Source: a virus. Taken from it: a stretch of DNA of 64,000 bases. A model generated the notes under the pieces. That model was not told the DNA's origin. It made no database searches and saw only the letters and a program-made list of their open reading frames with translations. Positions 49,957 to 59,348 of the stretch are shown one piece after another; the first letter of the stretch is position 1; each line of letters begins with the position of its first letter. Made by a program: the position numbers and the translations under genes. The stretch lies in IMG/VR virus record IMGVR_UViG_3300037420_001874, positions 117,219-181,218 of that record, one strand, 5' to 3'.

Positions 49957-50613
49957 ATGGTACCGTATTCGATGAAGGCCCCCCGTGAGGGCTTTGGCGT
50001 AGGGGGCCTGCTCGTGCTGGCTCTCCTGCTCGCGCTCGCTATCCTCCTGGTTGCCCGTCCGGTCGAGGCCCAGACCTGTTCGGGGGGTACCTGCGTCCCG
50101 CCCGAGGACATGGCCGTCTTCGTCAAGCTTCTGCGCGACCAGAAGTGCCGGAACGAGACCAAGCCGGAGTTCAAGCTCGACCCGGTAACGATCGTGACCG
50201 ACCAGGAGGGGCGCGTCTTCGTCTCGGGCGGGGGCCCAAAACCGTACGCCCTGACGATGGTGTGGTGTAACTACGAGGTGCGGGCCGAGGGCAAGGTGGA
50301 CATCGTGGTCGCCGTGCCCGAGCGGCCCGAAGAGCCGACCTGGGGCCTTCGGTTTCGACCGAAGTTCTCTTCGGGCCTGCTCGTCTTCGAGGCGTTCCGG
50401 CGCGATCCATGGACCGAGGCGATCGATGTCGGCGCGCTCTGGGACGTGGCCTTCTACAAGCTTCTGAGCCTCAACTTCGCCACGGGCCTTCGCTCGTCGG
50501 GTGTGGGTATCGGCGTCGACATCACCAAGAATTTCGGTGGGTACCTGGGGTATGCCATGGCGTACTCGGGCTTGCGCCACAACCCCTACGTAGGGCTGTC
50601 GTTCGCCTTCTGA
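49957..50613 (+). CDS. Exported protein with a putative C-terminal outer-membrane beta-barrel
   Basis: GAGGAGA RBS; signal peptide (LLVLALLLALAILLVARPVEA-QTC); alternating beta-strands ending YVGLSFAF with a terminal Phe. Confidence 0.55.
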   Translation: MVPYSMKAPREGFGVGGLLVLALLLALAILLVARPVEAQTCSGGTCVPPEDMAVFVKLLRDQKCRNETKPEFKLDPVTIVTDQEGRVFVSGGGPKPYALTMVWCNYEVRAEGKVDIVVAVPERPEEPTWGLRFRPKFSSGLLVFEAFRRDPWTEAIDVGALWDVAFYKLLSLNFATGLRSSGVGIGVDITKNFGGYLGYAMAYSGLRHNPYVGLSFAF

Positions 50614-50659
50614 GCCCCCGGTCCGAGAGGCTCGGCCGCGGTGTATGGAAGGGGAGCCC

Positions 50660-52396
50660 ATGTCGATCGAAGCGCCTGTCGCCAAGCCCAACCCCAACCC
50701 CCTCTACGAGAAGCTCAAGGCAGTCCGAGCGAGCACGAAGGTCGAGCTGCATCCGACGCCGATGCTCAAGCAGGAGATCACGGGGTTCGACGGTACCCCG
50801 CAGCCGTTCAAGCTCCGCTACTACCAGGCGCAGGGCATCTTTCACCTGCTCGCCGTGCCTCGCATGGTCCTCGGCGACGGTACCGGCCTCGGAAAGACGG
50901 TGCAGGTCTTGGGCTTCCTCGCCTACTCGTGGGCCAAGGACACCGAGCCCAAGGCGATTGTCGTCTGCCCGAAGAGCGCGATCCGACAGTGGGAGGGCGA
51001 GATCAAGCGTTTCATGAACAACGTTCAGGTCTTCGTCGCCTCGGGCACGCTGGCCGAACGAAAGGCCGCCTACGCAGGCTGGGAAGCGGCCTCGTCGGAC
51101 CCAACGAAGCCCCGAGCGATCCTCATCACCAACTACCACTCAGTCGTCCGGGACTGGGACTACGGGACCACGAAGGACCTCGGCCCCGACGGCAAGGTCA
51201 AGATCGTGCCGGGCCTTCTCGACGCGATGACCGCTCGAACGAAAAAGCTCATCGTTGTCTACGACGAATGCACGGCGTTCAAGAACCCGAGCACGAAGAC
51301 TTCGCAGACGTGCGGGTTTCTGTCGCAACGAAGCGCGAGGTGCATCGGTCTGACGGCCACGCTCCTCAAGAACAACCTGATGGAGGGCTTCGGGATCTAC
51401 AAGGTCATCCGGCCCGACGTGTTCACCTCCAAGTACAAGTTCATGGAGATGTTCTGCGTCACCGAGATGCAGAGGGTCAAGAGCGGGGGCAAGGTGCCCA
51501 TCGTCGTCGGCTACAAGAACCTCGCGACGTTCCGCTCGATGATCGACCCCTACTTCTACGGTCGGTCGAAGCACGAGGTCTCGAACGAGCTGCCGGCTCT
51601 CACGACCCGCGAGGTCATCTGCGAGCTGTCGCCGGCCGAGGATCGCAAGTACGCCGAGGCCCTCTCGGGCGTCATCGAGCTGGGCGACGGCGAGCTGAAG
51701 GACTACCAGGAGACGAAGGTTCTGACGAGCCTCATCTACTGCCAGCAGGTCGTCAACTCGCTCTCCCTCATCAAGTACGAGGGTGGCGACATGATCTCAA
51801 CCTCGTTCGACGACGTAGAGGTCAAGGACCTTGGGGCGAAGGAGCAAGCACTCGTCGACCTGCTCACCGACGAGTTCGACGACGAGAAGGTCATCGTCTA
51901 CACGCGCTTCGAGGGGCTCGTCGGCCGGCTCCAGAAGGTGCTCGAAAAGCACGGGATCAAGAGCGCTCGTATCACGGGCAAGGAAGACGCGAAGAAGAGG
52001 TCGGCAGCCCAGGCCGCCTTCCAGAACCTCCAGAGCAAGACGCGCGTGATCTTCATCACCGACGCCGGCTCGGAGGCCATCAACCTCCAGGCCGCGAGCG
52101 GCACGATCTTCTACGACACGCCCTGGTCGTGGGGCACGTACGTCCAGCTCCTCGGGCGCATGATCCGCATCGGCTCGCCTCACCAGAACGTGCTCGCCGT
52201 CCACATCATCGCTCGCCGTCCGGCCAAGGAAAAGAAGAAGCAAGAGACGATCGACGACGTGACGGTGCGGACGCTCCGCAAGAAAAAGAGCCTCATCGAC
52301 CGGGTCATCGGCGAGGCGGCCCAGGGTGCGCTCACGTTCGAGCGCGGCGAGGGCTCGATCCGGGACCTCTACAACGAGATGCGCGAGAGCGCCTGA
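50660..52396 (+). CDS. SNF2/SWI2-family helicase/ATPase
   Basis: GDGTGLGKT (motif I), VVCPKS (Ia), VYDECTAFKN (II), TATLLKNN (III), GSEAINLQAAS (V), QLLGRMIRIG (VI). Start may be 50645. Confidence 0.9.
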   Translation: MSIEAPVAKPNPNPLYEKLKAVRASTKVELHPTPMLKQEITGFDGTPQPFKLRYYQAQGIFHLLAVPRMVLGDGTGLGKTVQVLGFLAYSWAKDTEPKAIVVCPKSAIRQWEGEIKRFMNNVQVFVASGTLAERKAAYAGWEAASSDPTKPRAILITNYHSVVRDWDYGTTKDLGPDGKVKIVPGLLDAMTARTKKLIVVYDECTAFKNPSTKTSQTCGFLSQRSARCIGLTATLLKNNLMEGFGIYKVIRPDVFTSKYKFMEMFCVTEMQRVKSGGKVPIVVGYKNLATFRSMIDPYFYGRSKHEVSNELPALTTREVICELSPAEDRKYAEALSGVIELGDGELKDYQETKVLTSLIYCQQVVNSLSLIKYEGGDMISTSFDDVEVKDLGAKEQALVDLLTDEFDDEKVIVYTRFEGLVGRLQKVLEKHGIKSARITGKEDAKKRSAAQAAFQNLQSKTRVIFITDAGSEAINLQAASGTIFYDTPWSWGTYVQLLGRMIRIGSPHQNVLAVHIIARRPAKEKKKQETIDDVTVRTLRKKKSLIDRVIGEAAQGALTFERGEGSIRDLYNEMRESA

Positions 52397-52402
52397 GCAA
52401 CC

Positions 52403-53326
52403 ATGGCCGACGAAAAACCCGTCTGCATGTTCAACACCTGCGACGGCTCGGGTTTTATCGAGGTGAACGAAGACACCTCGGCCCGCTGCCGGTGCTCTCT
52501 TGTCCGGGCGCTCATCCGGCACCTCGGGCCGGACATCGCTGCGGCTCCCGATATCAACGAGAGCCCGCTCTACAAGGTCAACCCCCAGGCAGCGAGAGCT
52601 GGGGAGAGCCCGCTGGTCGACAAGACCCAATCGAACCTCTTTCTGAAGGGGTGGTGGACGGACCTTCTGCCGCACCTGAAGTTCGTGCTCATCGCCAAGG
52701 GCATCGACTTCCCCTACCGCATCGTGACCGATGAGCGGCTGAAGACGATCTATGTCGGCGCCGAAGCCTACCTCTCCCGGTCCCGTAAGCGCCGCGAGGA
52801 CGGGGACTCGTACAACTCTCTCTCCGACCTCATCGGTCCGGAGTTCAAGCTCATCGTCGTTCGGATGGGCTTTCTTGGTCACCGCAACGTCGCGATGCCG
52901 GGCATCCTGAAGGAGGCTCTCATGCTCCGGCAGGCCGCCGGCCGGGCAACGTGGCTCGTCGAAGAGCCCGACCGGCTCTTTGGGCCGTATCACCGGGCCT
53001 ATGACGAGGACGTGGCGAGCTACATCGATCGGCATTTCGAGGTCATCGATCTGACGAGCGAAGAGAAGCCCGAGGCTGAGCAGAAGAACCACGACGCGCC
53101 CATCCCCGACGAGGAGGACTTCACAATGGGTGCCGAAGAGCCCGAGAAGAAGCCTGCCCCGAAGCCCAAGCCGAAGCCGGCTGTTCAGTCGGTCTTCACC
53201 GAGGAGCGCCCTGCAAAGGTCGCCCTCGCTGCCGACCCTCTGCTCGAACGGACCTGGTCGGGGAGCAAGAAGGGCAACTTCAAGAAGCGTAGCGGGGGCG
53301 GCGGCCCCGCAGGAGACAACCTGTGA
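52403..53326 (+). CDS. DnaC/IstB-like helicase-loader homologue with degenerate ATPase motifs
   Basis: N-terminal C....CDGSGFI......ARCRC Zn ribbon and position directly before the DnaB-like gene; NLFLKGWW where a Walker A would be expected. Confidence 0.5.
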   Translation: MADEKPVCMFNTCDGSGFIEVNEDTSARCRCSLVRALIRHLGPDIAAAPDINESPLYKVNPQAARAGESPLVDKTQSNLFLKGWWTDLLPHLKFVLIAKGIDFPYRIVTDERLKTIYVGAEAYLSRSRKRREDGDSYNSLSDLIGPEFKLIVVRMGFLGHRNVAMPGILKEALMLRQAAGRATWLVEEPDRLFGPYHRAYDEDVASYIDRHFEVIDLTSEEKPEAEQKNHDAPIPDEEDFTMGAEEPEKKPAPKPKPKPAVQSVFTEERPAKVALAADPLLERTWSGSKKGNFKKRSGGGGPAGDNL

Positions 53327-54816
53327 GCGGACTTCTTCGGTCGGTCATCGACTACGACGGCAGCGTCACCCAAGAAAACCTCGCCCAGAACTACCTGAAG
53401 CTCCAGCGGGGGCAGGTCGAGTGGACCCGAGGCGACGACAAGAAAATCTTCCAGTTCGTCCAAGCCTACTTCCAGAACCACCTGGAGCTGCCGCAGTCGC
53501 AGACCCTTCTCGACTACTTCGGCAGGCAGAAGGACGATGAAACGGTCGAGCGCGTCAAGGACATTGGCGCGCTCCCGGCCTACATCCGAACCAACTTCAC
53601 CCACCTGCTCCGAGCTACGGTCGAGGAGCAGAACCGAGCGAAGGTCATCACCCTCTTCAAGGAGGGCCAGGAGATCGCTTCCAAGGGCCTGATGATCGAG
53701 GGGGAGAAGAAGCAGGGTACCCGAGAGGCGATCTCGCACTTCTTCCAGAACGCCAACGCCCTCATCCAGCCCGACAACGGCGCCAAGCTCCGAGGCGACA
53801 TTCGCCAGGACGGCCAGGCGATGTGGAACGAGTACGTGACGGCTGAGGCGAACAAGCACCTCGCCCATGGTCGCTACTCGGGTCTTGCCGCGATCGATAC
53901 CGTCTGCAAGGGCATCAAGAAGGGCGAGCTGTGGGTCCACGCGGCGTTCACCGGTGAGCTGAAGAGCACGTTCGCGATCAACTGGTGCTACAACCTCGTT
54001 ACCAAGTACGGCGAGAACGTCTTCTACGCCTCGCTCGAAGTGCCCTACGAGCAGATCCGGCGTATCGCCTACGTCATCCACAGCACCCACCCGAAGTGGG
54101 CCCGGATGGGCTACTCGCCCCTGCCCTATGGCAAGGTCCGAGACGGCGAGCTGAACGACGAAGAGAAGGCGTTCTACAAGCTCGTCATCGAGGACTTTTG
54201 CAACAACCCCGCCTACGGCAGGTTCGAGGTTTGGCGACCCGAGGACGACGTAACGACCGATGACATCAAGATCGAGGCCGAGCTGTTCCACAAGCAGCAC
54301 GAGATCGGCCTGCTTGTCATCGACCATGGTGGTCTCGTCGAGCCCCGCAAGAAGAAGCGAAACAAGGACTACGTCGTCGAGCTGAACTCGGTCATCCGAG
54401 ACTCGAAGAAGCTCGCTCTCAACTTCAACCGCGCCGACGGCGTCCCGGTCCTTCTGCTCTTTCAGATCAACCGGCAAGGTAAGGACGAGGCCGATAAGGC
54501 CGAGGGTCGCTACAAGATCAAGGCGCTCGCCTACGCGAACGAGGCTGAGCGATCGGCGGACGTGATCTCGACCACCTACCTCAACGACGAGCATCGGCGA
54601 TCAGGGACGACGTTGTTTTGCAACCTCAAAAACCGCGACAACCCGCTGTTCGAGCCCTTCACGGCAAGGGTCAACTTCCAGTCCCGTCGAATCACGAACC
54701 TCGACAACCTGGCGGCGGGGTCGACTCCGGGCATGGCCGTCGAGGATCACAGAAGCCTCATGCACGGGGTGACGACCGCCCTTCAGCAGGGCGGGATTGC
54801 GTTGCCCGGGGTGTAA
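53323..54816 (+). CDS. dnaB: DnaB-like (SF4) replicative helicase
   Basis: YSGLAAIDTVCKGIKKGELWV, AFTGELKST (H1), YASLEVP (H1a), LLVIDH (H2), LLFQINRQG (H3), EAERSADVI (H4). Confidence 0.9.
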   Translation: MSGLLRSVIDYDGSVTQENLAQNYLKLQRGQVEWTRGDDKKIFQFVQAYFQNHLELPQSQTLLDYFGRQKDDETVERVKDIGALPAYIRTNFTHLLRATVEEQNRAKVITLFKEGQEIASKGLMIEGEKKQGTREAISHFFQNANALIQPDNGAKLRGDIRQDGQAMWNEYVTAEANKHLAHGRYSGLAAIDTVCKGIKKGELWVHAAFTGELKSTFAINWCYNLVTKYGENVFYASLEVPYEQIRRIAYVIHSTHPKWARMGYSPLPYGKVRDGELNDEEKAFYKLVIEDFCNNPAYGRFEVWRPEDDVTTDDIKIEAELFHKQHEIGLLVIDHGGLVEPRKKKRNKDYVVELNSVIRDSKKLALNFNRADGVPVLLLFQINRQGKDEADKAEGRYKIKALAYANEAERSADVISTTYLNDEHRRSGTTLFCNLKNRDNPLFEPFTARVNFQSRRITNLDNLAAGSTPGMAVEDHRSLMHGVTTALQQGGIALPGV

Positions 54817-54941
54817 GGAAGCCAGGCCCCCTCCGCGAGGTCAATGGTCGGCTGGTCGAGGACAGGGTCTACCGACTCATCCTTGGCTGGCTGGCCGTGG
54901 AAGAGCGAAAGTGGGAAGTGGCCGAAACGCCGGACGACAAC

Positions 54942-55223
54942 ATGGACCGCTTCGACCGTATCGCACAAAGCCAGACCGGGCACGAGAAGACCGTGGCCCC
55001 GCCGAAGCTCAAGATGGACGAGTGGGTCGGCCGAAAGGTCGCGCTCGTCCGGGATCTCGCCACACGGGGCGGGGCGAAGTTTCCTTGCGGTACGGTCTTC
55101 ACGGTCGAGGGGCACTGGCGAGGCAAGCTCCACCTCTACCGGAACGAACCCAAGCCCGCGGCCATCCGGCAGGTCGAGCGGGCTTGGGTCGAACTTCTCG
55201 ACGAGGGTACCCATGGCTCGTGA
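54942..55223 (+). CDS. Small hypothetical protein (SH3-like beta fold?)
   Basis: 93 aa from ATG 54942 (start uncertain); VGRKVALVRD...KFPCGTVFTVEGHWRGKLHL; fills the gap before the Zn-finger gene. Confidence 0.5.
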   Translation: MDRFDRIAQSQTGHEKTVAPPKLKMDEWVGRKVALVRDLATRGGAKFPCGTVFTVEGHWRGKLHLYRNEPKPAAIRQVERAWVELLDEGTHGS

Positions 55224-55860
55224 CTGGGGCGCAAGCGAAGAGTTCCAGCGGGAGGCAAAAGTCACCGAGCGCCGGGAAGCTTCGGCTCAGTGGGTCCGGG
55301 ATCGCATCCAGAACGTCAAGTCCGCGGTCACGGCCCACGACGTGTGCCGGCACTTCGGGGTGAAGCTTCGCTACGCTGGGTCTTCGCACTCCGAGCAGCT
55401 TAGCTGTCCGTTCCATGGTCCGGACAACCGGCCCTCGGCGAAGATCCACCCCGAGTCGGCTCGTTCAGCCTCGGCCCTCTACTGCTTCGTCTGCCAGAAG
55501 CGCTGGGGCGTCATCGACCTCTGGCGCATGTTCAAGCAGTACGGAGACGATATTCGGTTCACCCAAGTCCTCTTCGAGATCGAGCGGGCCTTCGGCATCA
55601 CGGTACCCGACGGTCCGGCGTGGGAGCGGGAGGAGAAGGGGCCGAGCGAGGCGGAGGTCGATGCCCGGAACCTGCTCGACGTGTGCGAGCGAAGGCTCCG
55701 CGACGCCAAGCCCAAGTTCTCGTGCGAGGGATTCATGAAGGTGTCGTATGCTCTCGACCTCGCCTGGGGTGAGTTCGAGAGCCGAGCCTCCCCGGCGGAA
55801 GACACGAAAGCCAAGGCGCGGGTCATCCTTGACGTGATCGGTCGGAAGATCCGTGCCTAG
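55213..55860 (+). CDS. Stand-alone CHC2 zinc-finger (primase Zn-binding domain) protein
   Basis: LSCPFHGPDNRPSAKI...LYCFVCQKRWGVIDL; GAGGG before ATG 55213; no TOPRIM domain. Confidence 0.85.
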   Translation: MARDWGASEEFQREAKVTERREASAQWVRDRIQNVKSAVTAHDVCRHFGVKLRYAGSSHSEQLSCPFHGPDNRPSAKIHPESARSASALYCFVCQKRWGVIDLWRMFKQYGDDIRFTQVLFEIERAFGITVPDGPAWEREEKGPSEAEVDARNLLDVCERRLRDAKPKFSCEGFMKVSYALDLAWGEFESRASPAEDTKAKARVILDVIGRKIRA

Positions 55861-56281
55861 GCGCCTGACCCTGCCCACGCGGGAGCTGGGCGAGCTGAAG
55901 CTCCAGGTCATCTATCAGAATGACGGGGCGTGGGAGGCGGCGTGGGCGCCCCTCCAGCGTGACCCCCTGGCTTCGCTCTTCACGGTCGTATCGAAAGAGA
56001 CCTGGACGCACGCGCTCAAGGGCTGGACTTTGCCGCTGGTTCAAGCGCTCGGCATTCCTCCCGAAGGGGCTTTGCGCAAACTACCGAAGGGGGGCGGCGC
56101 TTGTTTCAAGAGGGGCAGGTGTCCGCATTACAATCGTGACGAATGCGTGCCTTCACACAAGAAAATGCCGTGGTGTTTTGAGCCCGGAAGTATCGAGTCA
56201 GAAGCGGCTAGAAGGCTGGGTGCGGAAGCTGTCGGTCTATGGCGCGAGGGGGTGTATATCCTCGTAGTCGAAGAGACCTGA
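55853..56281 (+). CDS. Hypothetical protein with a four-Cys cluster
   Basis: CFKRGRCPHYNRDECVPSHKKMPWC; sits between the Zn-finger and polymerase genes. Confidence 0.55.
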   Translation: MPRRLTLPTRELGELKLQVIYQNDGAWEAAWAPLQRDPLASLFTVVSKETWTHALKGWTLPLVQALGIPPEGALRKLPKGGGACFKRGRCPHYNRDECVPSHKKMPWCFEPGSIESEAARRLGAEAVGLWREGVYILVVEET

Positions 56282-56291
56282 CGGAGGATTC

Positions 56292-59200
56292 GTGCCCGAC
56301 TTTGACGATGACGACGCCCTCAATGACCTGCTTGCCGATGTGCTCGCCCCCGAGAGGCCGGCCGGAAAGGCTGTAGAGGTAGAGGTACCGGCCCCGGAGG
56401 CGCGACCGGAGCCGGTGGCCCCGGCCCCCCCTGCGGAGAGTCTGGAGGACGAGGACTTCAACCTCGATGACCTCGGACTCGGAAACCTCGGCGCTCTGCC
56501 TGAGACGACCGCTCCCGCTCCGCGACCCCGAGCCGCGTACGAAGACGACGGAGACGACCCGTCGACCTTCATGGCCACGGCTGGTATCAAGCAGGAAAAG
56601 CGCGTCTGCTACAACAAGCGACCCTGGATGGCCTCGCACACGTTCGTCCTGGTCAAGACGATCGAGGAGCTGCGCGAGGTCGTTGACCGGGCGATCAACG
56701 AGACGCACCGATGCTCGCTCGACCTCGAAACCGAGGGTCTCGACACGCGCATCTACTACGGCGAAGGGGACGTGGACACCTGGGAGGGCTTCCCGGACAG
56801 GACCCGTCTGCCGGCGACGGTCCACAAGATCGTCGGCTACTGTCTCTCGCCCGATGGGCAGACCGGCTACTACATCCCCGTTCGGCACCGAGCCGAGGAG
56901 GGCGAGACCCCTCCGGGCAACATCGATCCCTTGCTCGCGGCCCGAGAGATCGCCCGGCTCTGCTGGGCGGCTCAGCCGAAGCTTACCGAGGCGGGGCTCG
57001 CCAACGACCCTCTCGCGAGCCCCAGCATCGAGGCCCCGGGACCGGTGCGCCTGTCGTTCTGGCACGCGAAGTTCGATCAGGAGATGCTCTACCCGGTCAC
57101 CGGGATCGATTACTGGCACCCGGACTCGTATGACGACGGGATGCTCATCTATTTCGTTCGCTACACGAACGACAAGAGCCTCGGTCTCAAGGAGAAGGCC
57201 AAGGAGCTGCGGACGAAGCAGGGTCATCCGTACGAGATGATCAACCTGAACGAGCTGTTCATCAACTCGGCGGGTAAGAAGCGCGAGATCGACTTCCCGA
57301 GCCTGCACCCTGAGGAAGCGTACGAGTACGGCGCCTCCGATAGCATCTGCACCGAGCTTCTCTGCAAGAAGCCCGAGAACATGGAGATCGCGACGGGGCA
57401 GCACAACGACAAGAGCGACTTCGAGCGGAAGAAGAAGCACGCCATGTCGTTCATGTACCGCCTGGAGAAGCAGGTGGCGCAGGTGCTCCGGGGCATGGAA
57501 CGGCCTCGGATCAAGATCGACAAGCCCTACGTCCTGGACCTCGTCGAAGAGGCCCAGAAGGAAGCGGCCGAGTACGAGGCCGAGATCCGCGCCGTGGCCG
57601 CCACCGTGGGCATGGCCGAGGTGGACTTGCGATCGTCGGGTCAGCTCTCGGACTTCCTCTTCACCGACAAGGGCCTGAACCTCGAACCGAAGCCGGAGCA
57701 GAACGAGGCGTCAGGGCAGTACAAGACCGACGCCGACACGCTCGAAGCCCTGCTCACGAACAACCCGCAGATGAACCCCATCCTGGGGAAGATCGTCAAG
57801 TTTCGGCAGATCGACAAGGTCATCGGGACCTACCTGCACAACATGGCGAACAACTGCGACGCGAACGACGAGATTCGCTACCAGTTCAAGCAGACCGGGG
57901 CCGCGACGGGTCGATTCTCCGCCCCCGCGGGCGACCCCGAGCACGGCTACTCGGGGGTACCCATCCACGGTATCCCGGCGACCTACGACGACAAGAAGCC
58001 CAAGGTGGCGACGGCCCTGCGCAAGGCGATCGTCGCTAGACCCGGCTTCGTCATGGCCAAGATCGACTTCGCGGGCGAGGAGCTTCGCATCGCGACCAAC
58101 CTCTCGAACGAGCCGGTCTGGCTGAAGGAGTTCAGTGAGGGGACGGGCGACCTCCACACCATCACGGCCCGAGCCTTCTTCGGCAAGCAGGAGGTCTCGA
58201 AGCAAGAGCGGCAGATGGGCAAGATGGCCAACTTCTCGCTGCTCTACGGCGGCGGGGCGCAGGCCATTATCCGGGCGACGGGCTGCAATATCGTCGAGGC
58301 CAAGCGCCGCAAGGAGAACTTCGACAAGGCCCTGCCCACGTTCGCCAAGTGGGTGCGCAACCAGAAGGCGCTCTGCCACAAGGAGAAGGGGGTCTGGACC
58401 GCCTTCAAGAGGTGGATCGCGGTACCCGAGATCGACGACCCGGACAAGGCCCGCGTCGGCGGCGCCGAACGAGCTGCGGTCAACTATCCGGTCCAGGGTA
58501 CGGGCGCCGATATCATGAAGATCGCGCTCGTTCTCCTGCACAAGGAGTTCTACCGGAGGCGATGGCTGCCCGAGCAGGATGACATCGTCCGGATGCTCCT
58601 CACGGTTCACGACGAGATCGTCTTCGAGATCCGCCCTTCCCATCTCGAAGAGGCGATGGCCGTCATCATCGAGCTGATGGAGAAGCCGGGCGTCATGGCC
58701 GGGTGGAAGATCCCGCTCGTGGCCGAGCCCCTCGTTGGCCTCTCGTGGGATGCCAAGTACGACTGGCACCAGCTCAAGCACGGCAAGAAGAAGAAGGACG
58801 GGCAGGTACCCAAGGACGGAGAGGTCGAGTACGACGGGCGTATCTTCCCGAAGATCCCCTCCTGGCTCGAAGGTTATGTCACGACCGACTGGATGAAGGC
58901 CGGCGTGGTACCCCCTTCTTCGGCCCCCGCGGCTCCGGAGAGCCCTCCGCCTGCCCCCGAGACCCCTCCGGCTGCTCCGGTGGCGGTGGCGGCTCCTGAG
59001 CCCGAACCCAAGCCCGAGGCCCCTCCGGCCGTTTCGGTACCTACCCCGCCCCCCTCCTCTCCGAAGCCGGTAGCAGCCCCTTCTTCCGAGGTCCTTACGC
59101 TCCGACTCTCGGTCCGGACCCGGCGAAGCGCCGAGGAAGTGGCCGGATTTGTCCGGCATTTCTCCGCCCCCGAGGGCAAGGTGCTCCGGTTGCTTGACGT

Positions 59201-59306
59201 GGACGGGACGCCCCTCGTGGACGTGGGGGACGGCATCCGGGTTCGTGGCGAGCTTTTTCACTACGAACTTTACAAGCATCGCCTGACCCCCGATCGGCCT
59301 TACTGA
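56292..59306 (+). CDS. polA: Family A DNA polymerase with 3'-5' exonuclease (no 5' nuclease domain)
   Basis: Exo I SLDLETEG, Exo II WHAKFDQEML, Exo III YGASDS; TGAATGRFS, motif A KIDFAGEELRI, motif B RQMGKMANFSLLYG, NYPVQGTGADIMK, motif C TVHDEIVFE. Confidence 0.95.
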   Translation: MPDFDDDDALNDLLADVLAPERPAGKAVEVEVPAPEARPEPVAPAPPAESLEDEDFNLDDLGLGNLGALPETTAPAPRPRAAYEDDGDDPSTFMATAGIKQEKRVCYNKRPWMASHTFVLVKTIEELREVVDRAINETHRCSLDLETEGLDTRIYYGEGDVDTWEGFPDRTRLPATVHKIVGYCLSPDGQTGYYIPVRHRAEEGETPPGNIDPLLAAREIARLCWAAQPKLTEAGLANDPLASPSIEAPGPVRLSFWHAKFDQEMLYPVTGIDYWHPDSYDDGMLIYFVRYTNDKSLGLKEKAKELRTKQGHPYEMINLNELFINSAGKKREIDFPSLHPEEAYEYGASDSICTELLCKKPENMEIATGQHNDKSDFERKKKHAMSFMYRLEKQVAQVLRGMERPRIKIDKPYVLDLVEEAQKEAAEYEAEIRAVAATVGMAEVDLRSSGQLSDFLFTDKGLNLEPKPEQNEASGQYKTDADTLEALLTNNPQMNPILGKIVKFRQIDKVIGTYLHNMANNCDANDEIRYQFKQTGAATGRFSAPAGDPEHGYSGVPIHGIPATYDDKKPKVATALRKAIVARPGFVMAKIDFAGEELRIATNLSNEPVWLKEFSEGTGDLHTITARAFFGKQEVSKQERQMGKMANFSLLYGGGAQAIIRATGCNIVEAKRRKENFDKALPTFAKWVRNQKALCHKEKGVWTAFKRWIAVPEIDDPDKARVGGAERAAVNYPVQGTGADIMKIALVLLHKEFYRRRWLPEQDDIVRMLLTVHDEIVFEIRPSHLEEAMAVIIELMEKPGVMAGWKIPLVAEPLVGLSWDAKYDWHQLKHGKKKKDGQVPKDGEVEYDGRIFPKIPSWLEGYVTTDWMKAGVVPPSSAPAAPESPPPAPETPPAAPVAVAAPEPEPKPEAPPAVSVPTPPPSSPKPVAAPSSEVLTLRLSVRTRRSAEEVAGFVRHFSAPEGKVLRLLDVDGTPLVDVGDGIRVRGELFHYELYKHRLTPDRPY

Positions 59307-59320
59307 GGCTTACGCCGCAA

Positions 59321-59348
59321 TTTCTCTCTATCACCAGGTTCTTCGTAG
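59321..59348 (+). promoter_or_regulatory. Putative phage promoter (TAT-N13-GTAG)
   Basis: TTTCTCTCTAT-CACCAGGTTCTTC-GTAG directly abutting ATG 59349. Confidence 0.45.

Noticed and set aside
54618-55260. Track ORFs 54618..55223 and 54844..55860 at full length
   Set aside because: Their upstream parts overlap dnaB or each other and look non-coding; starts at 54942 and 55213 fit better.
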